Part shown: in pieces, positions 55,538 to 62,527 of the stretch
Layout of the letters: every line of letters starts with the position of its first letter
Numbering within the stretch: position 1 is the first letter of the stretch
Source: an uncultured Pirellulales bacterium
GTDB lineage: Bacteria; Planctomycetota; Phycisphaerae; Sedimentisphaerales; Anaerobacaceae
Length of the DNA: 64,000 nt
Direction of reading: 5' to 3'
Assembly: GCA_964406945.1 (NCBI GenBank)
Contig: CAYOTO010000001.1
Location: 101,502 to 165,501 of the forward strand
Made by a program: the position numbers and the translations under genes
The notes under the pieces: generated by a model
What the model was told of the DNA's origin: nothing
Databases searched by the model: none
The model's input: the letters and a program-made list of their open reading frames with translations, nothing else

Positions 55538-55611
55538 TGCGGCGTGGAGCAGTTGGTAAGCTCGGCCGGCTCATAACCGGCAGGTCGCTGGTTCGAATCC
55601 AGCCGCCGCTA
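55538..55611 (+). tRNA. tRNA-Met (anticodon CAT), initiator-like
   Basis: Hand-folded cloverleaf: acceptor TGCGGCG/CGCCGCT, D arm GAGC-AGTTGGTAA-GCTC, anticodon arm GCCGG-CTCATAA-CCGGC, variable AGGTC, T arm GCTGG-TTCGAAT-CCAGC, discriminator A, no encoded CCA. Confidence 0.8.
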
Positions 55612-55826
55612 GTGACCCGGAGGCCTCCGGTGGCCTCCGAATTGTGAGTAACGATCCGAGGGAACGCTATGCACGGTGTCAGGATGACAATCGGCAGGAC
55701 GGCCGGGGCGCTCTGGGGCGGCCTGGTGTGGGACTGCCGGATGCTCTGCAAAGGTGTGCGGGCAATCGGAGCCGTGATGTGCGGGCTGCTGGCCACGGCG
55801 GGCAGGCTGTCGCAGGGAGGCGTCTG

Positions 55827-56003
55827 ATGGCCAAGGTCAAGGGTAAATACCACCTTTGCTCTCCCCGGATCGGTCGCGGCCGCTGCGGGGTGCGGGCGGC
55901 CACGGGCATGCTGGTGAGCATCTACGTGTGGCCGGCGATTCAGGCGAAGCACCGCTGCAGGCGGTGCGAGAAGGAATATAAGAAGGTAAGGGGGCGGCAA
56001 TGA
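55827..56003 (+). CDS. small basic Cys-containing protein (zinc-finger-like)
   Basis: GGGAGG RBS, then ATG 55827. MAKVKGKYHLCSPRIGRGRCG...KHRCRRCEKEYKK. Confidence 0.45.
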   Translation: MAKVKGKYHLCSPRIGRGRCGVRAATGMLVSIYVWPAIQAKHRCRRCEKEYKKVRGRQ

Positions 56004-56299
56004 TCGACTGCGAAGAACAGGTGTACATTCCCGGGGCGGTATGCCCCGAGTGCATGAAGAGCCTGCCGGGTGTTTCGATGACGACGGGGGCTGAGCGGCG
56101 GCGGTACTTCTGCTTCTGCACCAGGTGCAACAGGGGGTTCGAGGTCGAGCAGGTATACAGGTACGAGCGGTGGATGATTGCCAGGTATCAGCCGTATTCG
56201 ATTGTGAATGATGAGCCGGTAGCCGACGGGGACTGGATATGCCTCGGAGAGCCGCCGGCCGAATGCATAGCAGCGAGGCCGGAAGCAACGTGCGTATGA
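56000..56299 (+). CDS. small zinc-ribbon-like protein
   Basis: ATGA overlap with the upstream gene. CPEC...CFCTRC motif. Its stop overlaps the transposase ATG. Confidence 0.45.
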   Translation: MIDCEEQVYIPGAVCPECMKSLPGVSMTTGAERRRYFCFCTRCNRGFEVEQVYRYERWMIARYQPYSIVNDEPVADGDWICLGEPPAECIAARPEATCV

Positions 56300-58221
56300 G
56301 TGACCAGTTTGTGGACATTAAGACGGCGGCGGGGAGGCTGGGGGTTACGGAGAGGCACTTGAGACGTTTATGCGTGTCAGGCCGAGTCCGGGGCGCTTGC
56401 AAAAACGGACGCCGCTGGCTGGTACCCGCAAGCTACGATCAGCGATTGACTGATCCGGATGCAATTCAAAAGACCGATAATACTGATGTACTCAGTAGTA
56501 TTTCCGCCGAAAAACGCGATGAGGCGATGCAGCGACTGGGCACTGTTCAACAATTCGAGAGGTTTGCCGCGAGCTTCGACGGCAAGATCAGCGATGCACT
56601 GAGCATGTTCGCCGGCATCCAGGGGGTCGGCGAGCGGACGCTGTGGCGGTGGCGGAGTCAGTACCGCAAACGCGGCATCGCGGGGCTGGTCGACGGCAGA
56701 GGCGGCGGGGGATCTGGTGCCACTATCAGCGAGGAGGCGTTCGAGCTGTTCAAGAGCATGTATCTGACGCAGCAACAGCTCAGTGTGAAGTTGTGCTGGC
56801 AGAATGTGCAATTCGTGAACAGCCGAGACGAACGCGGATGGGACGTGCCGAGCCTGCGGACGATGCAGCAGATGGTCAACGAACGGATCCCGCTGGCGGT
56901 GCGTGTGCTGCACCGGGAGGGGCTTGCGGCCTATGAGGCCAAGTGTGCGCCGTACGTGCAGACGGATCCGGACAGCGTCGAGCCGGGCCAGGTCTGGGTC
57001 GGCGATCATCATCAGTTCAACTGCTGGGTTCGATATCGCGGACGCTGGGTAAGGCCGTGGCTTACCGCCTGGCTTGATATGCGGAGCCGCAAGCTGGTGG
57101 GCTGGCATATATCGGCCTCACCGAATCAAACTACCATTATGCTCGCTATGAAGAGGGGGTGTGAGCGATACGGGCCGCCGTCCGCGTGCAAGATCGACAA
57201 CGGCAAGGACTATGACTCGGAGATGTGGACCGGCACCACCAAGGCCAGGCGCCGCGCCCTGGGCAAGGGCTACCTGGATGAGCAGATGGTCGCCGGGATC
57301 TATGCGATGATGGATATTGCGGTGACGTTCTCGATTCCGTACCATCCGCAGTCCAAGAGTATCGAGCGGTTCTTCGATACCGCCGACCAGCAGTTCACAA
57401 AGACTATGCGGCTGTATTGCGGCAAGGATTCGGCCAGGCGGCCGGACGAAGTAAATGAGCTGCTCAAACGCGAATCGGAAATCCAGCGGGCTTATACGCT
57501 GGATACCTTCGCCGAGGCGTTCGCAGAGTACGCCAGGGTCTACGACAAGACGGCCCATACGGGCAGGGGCATGGACGGGCGGTCGCCGGATCAGGTGTTC
57601 GCCGGGCGGGGGACGCAGCGGGTCCTGGCCGACGGAGTGCTGGGTCTGCTGCTGCGAGTCTGGAGCGGCGAGCTTAAGGTCGGCAAGAACGGTGTGCGGT
57701 TCAAGGGCCTGTACTACGGCCAGTTCAACACCGAACTGCTGCTGGCTCAGGGCCGCAAGGTCCGACTGGCATACGATCCGGACGATCTGAGGCGTGTGCA
57801 CGTCTACGACTCGGCCACGCTCAAGCTGTTATGCATCGCCGAACAGAATCAGCTCGTGGCCTACGGCGAGCCGGTGGCCGAAGAGAACCTGCGTCAGGCC
57901 ATGAAAGCCAAGGGCAGGGCGCTCAAGACTGTGCGGGAATATCGGGACGCCGGCCGGATCCGCAATACCGATCTGACCAGTCTGACCATTGAGGCGATGG
58001 CCGAGGCCCAGGATCCACAGCCCACTCCGGCCAGGCCCCAAAGGCTGCAGCCGGTGCGGACGGCTATGGATGACCAGGTCGCCGAGCATGAACGCCAGCA
58101 GATCATAAAACACGTGAAGCGAGCCAGCGGCGCAGAGCAGACGACCGAAGTGTTGGATTTTGACTTTTCGAAACTGCGAAGAACTGAACCGGAGAAGCTG
58201 ACGCTAAAATTCAATGAGTGA
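56296..58221 (+). CDS. DDE transposase, Mu A-like
   Basis: N-terminal HTH (VDIKTAAGRLGVTERHLRRLC), rve-type DDE core (VWVGDHHQFN; KIDNGKDYDS; SKSIERFF), Mu-transposase C-terminal barrel (NGVRFKGLYYGQ...KVRLAYDPDDLRRVHVYD). Confidence 0.9.
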   Translation: MSDQFVDIKTAAGRLGVTERHLRRLCVSGRVRGACKNGRRWLVPASYDQRLTDPDAIQKTDNTDVLSSISAEKRDEAMQRLGTVQQFERFAASFDGKISDALSMFAGIQGVGERTLWRWRSQYRKRGIAGLVDGRGGGGSGATISEEAFELFKSMYLTQQQLSVKLCWQNVQFVNSRDERGWDVPSLRTMQQMVNERIPLAVRVLHREGLAAYEAKCAPYVQTDPDSVEPGQVWVGDHHQFNCWVRYRGRWVRPWLTAWLDMRSRKLVGWHISASPNQTTIMLAMKRGCERYGPPSACKIDNGKDYDSEMWTGTTKARRRALGKGYLDEQMVAGIYAMMDIAVTFSIPYHPQSKSIERFFDTADQQFTKTMRLYCGKDSARRPDEVNELLKRESEIQRAYTLDTFAEAFAEYARVYDKTAHTGRGMDGRSPDQVFAGRGTQRVLADGVLGLLLRVWSGELKVGKNGVRFKGLYYGQFNTELLLAQGRKVRLAYDPDDLRRVHVYDSATLKLLCIAEQNQLVAYGEPVAEENLRQAMKAKGRALKTVREYRDAGRIRNTDLTSLTIEAMAEAQDPQPTPARPQRLQPVRTAMDDQVAEHERQQIIKHVKRASGAEQTTEVLDFDFSKLRRTEPEKLTLKFNE

Positions 58222-59329
58222 CCTCAACAAAGCCATCGAGCAGGATGCCCGGTGGATAGAGGAAAGGATTCCCTCGAACATGGATACAGCCGAGATCAAG
58301 CAAGCGCGGCAGAGAGCCAGGGACTTCATAGCTGAACGGCGACTGACTCAGGCACAGGTCGCCAAAAAGATAGGCGTCTCGACCGCCAGGCTTAATCAAT
58401 TCCTGGCCGGCAAATACCAGGGAGACGTACCGAAGATCGTGGTGACGGTCCTGCGATACATCGATTCGGTCAAACGCAAGGAGCGACACGGCAAGGCGGC
58501 CGATTCGATTCAGACTACTGTGGCTGAGCGGATTTATACGACTATCGTGCAGACCGAGGCCATGAGTGATCACGAGGGTAAGATCGGACTGATCTTCGGG
58601 GACGCCGGCCACGGCAAGAGCCATTGCCTGCGGGCTTATGCCAGGAGCAATCCCAACAGCGTGTACGTGGAGTTGGACGATACGATGACCTCGACCAGGA
58701 TCTTCGCGGAGATCGCGGCGGCGCTCAAGTACGACTCTTCGGGTTCGCTGGCCAATCTTACCCAGCGGCTTATTGAAAACCTGCAGAACCGGCAGATGAT
58801 CGTAATGCTCGACGAGGCGTCGAGTCTCACCGTCCGCCAGCTCAATCAGCTACGCCAGATTCTAGTGGTCAAAGCCAGGTGTCCGCTGATCCTGGCTGGC
58901 AATCGCTACCTGTGGGACACCATCATGCAGCCGACGGCCAGACGCGGCCACGAATCGCTCGATCAGTTCATAACCCGACTGATGGGCAAGCTCGACCTGG
59001 ACAAGGAGGCGGCCGACGACGACGGCGGACTCTATACCGAAGATGATGTTCTCAAGTTGTACCAGTACGGCGGCATTCGTCTGACATCGGATGCCGTCCG
59101 GGCGTTGCGGAAGATATGCCAGACGCCGTATTCAGGCAGGCTGCGGACCTGCAGTCATATTATCGCAGCTTTGCATATTGCACCGCAGATCGTCGAGGCC
59201 GGGCAGATCACGGCCGAGAACATCAGAAGCGCCATCCAATCACTCGGGCTGCCGGTCAATGTTCGGCTGCCGATGGCGACTATTAACAAGCAGGCGGCCG
59301 AACGGAGGTCAATCGCGGCCGCCGGCTAA
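58214..59329 (+). CDS. MuB-like AAA+ transposition ATPase with N-terminal Xre-type HTH
   Basis: RRLTQAQVAKKIGVSTARLNQFLAGKYQGD. Walker A GDAGHGKS. Walker B MIVMLDEA. Confidence 0.85.
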   Translation: MSDLNKAIEQDARWIEERIPSNMDTAEIKQARQRARDFIAERRLTQAQVAKKIGVSTARLNQFLAGKYQGDVPKIVVTVLRYIDSVKRKERHGKAADSIQTTVAERIYTTIVQTEAMSDHEGKIGLIFGDAGHGKSHCLRAYARSNPNSVYVELDDTMTSTRIFAEIAAALKYDSSGSLANLTQRLIENLQNRQMIVMLDEASSLTVRQLNQLRQILVVKARCPLILAGNRYLWDTIMQPTARRGHESLDQFITRLMGKLDLDKEAADDDGGLYTEDDVLKLYQYGGIRLTSDAVRALRKICQTPYSGRLRTCSHIIAALHIAPQIVEAGQITAENIRSAIQSLGLPVNVRLPMATINKQAAERRSIAAAG

Positions 59330-59342
59330 ACAGCAGTTAAAC

Positions 59343-59876
59343 ATGAAACAAGGGCTGAATAACAACCAGATAAAGCTGGTTCAAACGGCTGTTCGCAAGG
59401 CCGGGCTGCGGGGTCCGGGTAATAGCGACGGTCGCTACCGGCTGCTGCTGTCTCAGTACCGTCAGCCGAACGGCAAGCCGGTAACGAGCTGCAAGCAGCT
59501 CAACCGCAGCCAGATGGAAGACCTGCTGGCGATCTGCGAGGCCTACGGCTGGCGGATGCCGGGCAAGCCGCCGAATCACTACCGGCGGAAGGTCGAGATC
59601 TTCAACGAGGGCACCGGCAGTTACGCCCAGGAGACGGCGATCAGGCACCTGGCCGGCGATCTGGGCTGGGATGATCAGCAGCTCAAGGGTTTTGTCAGGC
59701 GAATGACCAAGGGCCGCACCGATGCGCTCGAGCAGACCGGCAGCCGCCAGGCTTACGCAATTATCGAGGCGCTCAAGGCCATGGTCGGCCGAGAGCGGGG
59801 CACACAATACGGTAACCTAAAAGAAGTCAGGGATGATATGGAGGCTAAGGATGGCCAAGCGGGTAAAGTCACGTGA
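59343..59876 (+). CDS. gemA: GemA / Mu gp16-like protein (DUF1018)
   Basis: QIKLVQTAVRKAGL...YRLLLSQY...SCKQLNRSQMEDLLAICEAYGW, second half AIRHLAGDLGWDDQQLKGFVRRM. Confidence 0.7.
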   Translation: MKQGLNNNQIKLVQTAVRKAGLRGPGNSDGRYRLLLSQYRQPNGKPVTSCKQLNRSQMEDLLAICEAYGWRMPGKPPNHYRRKVEIFNEGTGSYAQETAIRHLAGDLGWDDQQLKGFVRRMTKGRTDALEQTGSRQAYAIIEALKAMVGRERGTQYGNLKEVRDDMEAKDGQAGKVT

Positions 59877-60372
59877 GCAATTGATACCGGTTGAAAACTG
59901 GAAGCATGCGGATGTCCTTGTTAAGAGGATGGGGGACCTGCAGCAGCAGATTGATGGCGCTCAGGCGGCGGCGAAAGAAAAGGCCAACAAGGCCAAAGCT
60001 GAACTCGCCGACAAGGTGGAGGGGCCGAACGCGGAAATTAAGCGGATCACCAAGAGCCTGGAGTCCTTCTGCGCAGCCCGCAAGAAAGAGTTCGGCGACC
60101 GCAGGAGCCGCAAGCTGAACTTCGGGATTGTGGGCTGGAGACGCAGCACTTCGATTAGCTGCAAGAAGACAACGGCCGACAGGATCCGCGAGGTCTTCTC
60201 GAAGGCCAAGGCCGCGACGCTCCTGCACGTCAAGACCACGCCCGACAAGGAAGCCCTGGCCAAGCTGGATGACGAGCAGCTTGTGGCCGTCGACGCCAAA
60301 CGCAGAGTTAAGAATGAATTCTACGTAGAGCCCGGCCAGACCGAGGCCGCCGACTATGGAGAGTCGGATTAA
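59851..60372 (+). CDS. gam: Mu Gam-like host-nuclease inhibitor
   Basis: GGAGG RBS plus ATG 59851. Coiled-coil N-terminus, then RKLNFGIVGWRRSTSISCKK...LLHVKTTPDKEAL is the Phage_Mu_Gam pattern. Confidence 0.75.
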   Translation: MAKRVKSREQLIPVENWKHADVLVKRMGDLQQQIDGAQAAAKEKANKAKAELADKVEGPNAEIKRITKSLESFCAARKKEFGDRRSRKLNFGIVGWRRSTSISCKKTTADRIREVFSKAKAATLLHVKTTPDKEALAKLDDEQLVAVDAKRRVKNEFYVEPGQTEAADYGESD

Positions 60373-60968
60373 TGCAGATCGAATTCACAATGGGACCGGA
60401 TTTCCCCCGCACCGCCCGGCAGTTGAGCGAGGCGGGCAAGGCCCTGCTGGCCGGCTGCAGCGAAGGGCTGCGCGAGGGCGTCGAGTACGCCGCAGACCAC
60501 GTCGCCGAGAACTACCTCTCGGACCAGGCCCTCAGGAGCCGCAGCGGTTCACTGCGAAGGGCCATGGGCGGCTGGCTGGCCGGACCCCTTCACGGCGTGG
60601 TGGGCGTCCGTCCCGGCGCAGCCGTCGACGCCTACAAGTGGCTGCTCGGCGACGAACAGAAGACGATTACCCCCCAGCGGTCGAAGTTCCTCACCATCCC
60701 GATCGGCGAGAACCTGCGGCCCTCCGGAGTCCCACAGTACAGCAGCCCCCGCCAGGTGCCCGACGGCTTCTTCGTCCGCAGCAAGGGCCGCCTGCTGTTC
60801 GGCTACAAGCGCGGCAAGAAGGGCAAGTTCCGCGCCCTGTTCGTTTTGGTAAAGAGCGTATTCGTCCAGGGCACCGGGGCACTTTACGACGGCGTCGAAG
60901 AGACCCTCGACGACATCGCCGAATCGATGGAAGAGAAAGGACGCAAAGCGATAGACCACAATGCCTGA
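60372..60968 (+). CDS. putative virion-morphogenesis/neck protein
   Basis: The start overlaps the gam stop (TAATG). Weak resemblance to Mu G / HK97 gp10-type head-completion proteins (SRSGSLRRAM...KFLTIPIGENLRPSG...LFGYKRG). Confidence 0.35.
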   Translation: MQIEFTMGPDFPRTARQLSEAGKALLAGCSEGLREGVEYAADHVAENYLSDQALRSRSGSLRRAMGGWLAGPLHGVVGVRPGAAVDAYKWLLGDEQKTITPQRSKFLTIPIGENLRPSGVPQYSSPRQVPDGFFVRSKGRLLFGYKRGKKGKFRALFVLVKSVFVQGTGALYDGVEETLDDIAESMEEKGRKAIDHNA

Positions 60969-61437
60969 TTCCGGAATAACATCCCAGCTCGAAGCATGGT
61001 TCGCCACACAGCTCGCGCAGATAACCGACAGCGGCCGCACGGTCTTCCGCACGGCCGAAGTCTGGAAGCACCAGGTCGCAGCCACATCCGGCGGCATGGA
61101 GGCCTTCGACCGCTACGCCCCGTTCGCTTTCGTCAGTGTCAGCGGCACAACTCCGGCCCGCGAGGGCGACTACGACCTGCGAGAGATCTTTGAGACCACC
61201 ATACTGATCGGCCAGTCGGCGTCGAGCCCCGGCGTGGCCCGTTTCGGATCCACCCGGACCCACGGCACCGGCAGCCTCCGCGACCTGGTCGTCGCCGCGT
61301 TCGACCGGCAAGTCCCCGAGTCATCCCTGGCCTGCGACGAGATCTATCTGACCGACGAAGGCGAGGTCCTGGACGCACCGAAGGCCCACGCCATCGAGCT
61401 TGTATTCCAGACCAGCAGAATGAGGGCACCGGCATGA
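60961..61437 (+). CDS. Mu gp37-like protein (DUF1834), tail-completion candidate
   Basis: ITSQLEAWFATQLAQI...RYAPFAFVSVSG...ETTILIGQSA...GTGSLRDLVVAAF follows the DUF1834 layout. Confidence 0.5.
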   Translation: MPDSGITSQLEAWFATQLAQITDSGRTVFRTAEVWKHQVAATSGGMEAFDRYAPFAFVSVSGTTPAREGDYDLREIFETTILIGQSASSPGVARFGSTRTHGTGSLRDLVVAAFDRQVPESSLACDEIYLTDEGEVLDAPKAHAIELVFQTSRMRAPA

Positions 61438-61454
61438 AGTGCAAAGTAAAAAGA

Positions 61455-61537
61455 GCCACGGATGCACACGGATTAACACGGAAACTCACAGGCATTGCGG
61501 TTCTAAATCCGTGCCAATCCGGGTCAATCCGTGGTTA
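61455..61537. repeat. CACGGATT-array hairpin element
   Basis: GCCACGGATGCACACGGATTAACACGGAAA...TAAATCCGTGCCAATCCGGGTCAATCCGTGGTTAA, followed by (CACGAAA)x2. Confidence 0.85.
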
Positions 61538-61572
61538 ACACGAAACACGAAACTCAATCGGAGATTTGAAAA

Positions 61573-62478
61573 ATGGCCAACAAAAGAATCTACTCACCGC
61601 AGGCCGTAACGATCAACGGCGTCGACGCCGGCGGCGCGATGCAGCTCCGCATCCAGGCCGGTTACGACGGCAAGCTTCAGAGCGCCCCGGACGGCCTGGG
61701 CGTTCCGATCAAGGACAAGCACTCGGGCTTCTGCCGGGGCACGCTTATCAGCCAGGACTGGCCCCACATCGTGGACCTTCTGACCGGGACCGTCGGCACT
61801 CTGGTCTGTTATGAACGCGAGAGCGGCGCGGCCACGTACACCAAGCACACCATCACCAACCCGGTGATCCACCGCGTGGCCCTGCAGTTCAACAAGGGCC
61901 AGTATGCAACGCTGGCCGCCGATTTCGAATGCCGGGCGGCCCTGACAACAACCGACTTTACCCAGATGTGGACCGCCGAGGCGGGCCAGACCGCCCCGAC
62001 CTATGTCAGCGCCGCTCGCGGCGGCTGGCGGATCGAATCGGCCGTCTTCAGCAGCCTCGCGACCGAGAAAATCATCAACCACGTAGACCGCTTCACCTTC
62101 GAGATCGTAATGGACCTGCTCAAAGACAGCGCCGACCTGGACCTGGCCTACACGGCGGTCGACGCAGTCGAAGACCGCATGCAGGCCTCGGGCTCCCTCG
62201 GCTCCCAGGACTTCGAAGTCGCAAGCGGCTATGCCAAGATGCTCTCGCTGATCGCGGCCTCCCGGGACAACCTCGTACTGGAGATCAGCCAGTCCGGCTC
62301 GGCGGCCAATAAGGTTGTAACGATCGCCGGCGTCGACTTCCAGGACGCCGAATCCGATTCCAACGCCGAAGGCGGCTACAGCGGCCTCGGTGTAAACTTC
62401 GACGTCACCAACGACGCAACAACGCCGCTTAGCCTGTCCGGCGACAACAAGATCATCACCATAGCCGACAGCGCATAA
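61573..62478 (+). CDS. putative major tail (tube) protein
   Basis: Position immediately upstream of the tape measure, beta-rich 301 aa. The intergenic hairpin element upstream is typical of highly expressed structural genes. Confidence 0.45.
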   Translation: MANKRIYSPQAVTINGVDAGGAMQLRIQAGYDGKLQSAPDGLGVPIKDKHSGFCRGTLISQDWPHIVDLLTGTVGTLVCYERESGAATYTKHTITNPVIHRVALQFNKGQYATLAADFECRAALTTTDFTQMWTAEAGQTAPTYVSAARGGWRIESAVFSSLATEKIINHVDRFTFEIVMDLLKDSADLDLAYTAVDAVEDRMQASGSLGSQDFEVASGYAKMLSLIAASRDNLVLEISQSGSAANKVVTIAGVDFQDAESDSNAEGGYSGLGVNFDVTNDATTPLSLSGDNKIITIADSA

Positions 62479-62527
62479 GCCGCCTGTTCGCCGGTTTTTT
62501 AATTTTTAATTTTTACTTGGGACCGCA

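Noticed and set aside
55214-55576. 120-aa plus-strand ORF between the switch and the transposase operon
   Set aside because: It runs through six GC hairpins and 39 nt into the tRNA gene. A short membrane peptide from its first ~35 codons cannot be excluded, but there is no RBS or support.
55538-55826. tRNA-targeted integrase-type island starting at the tRNA 3' end
   Set aside because: No tyrosine or serine recombinase gene lies on either side, and I noticed no direct repeat of the tRNA 3' end. The adjacent mobility genes are DDE transposase/MuB type, which do not use tRNA att sites.
55446-56402. 318-aa minus-strand ORF across the tRNA and the zinc-ribbon genes
   Set aside because: It is Pro/Arg/Ser-rich, antisense to the tRNA and to RBS-supported coupled plus-strand genes.
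56296-59329. Tn7/Tn5053-like transposon (TnsB/TniA plus TniB) instead of a phage
   Set aside because: The pair is followed by GemA (DUF1018) and Gam and is embedded in virion genes. No TniQ/TnsC/TnsD-like gene is seen. A Mu-like phage is the better explanation.
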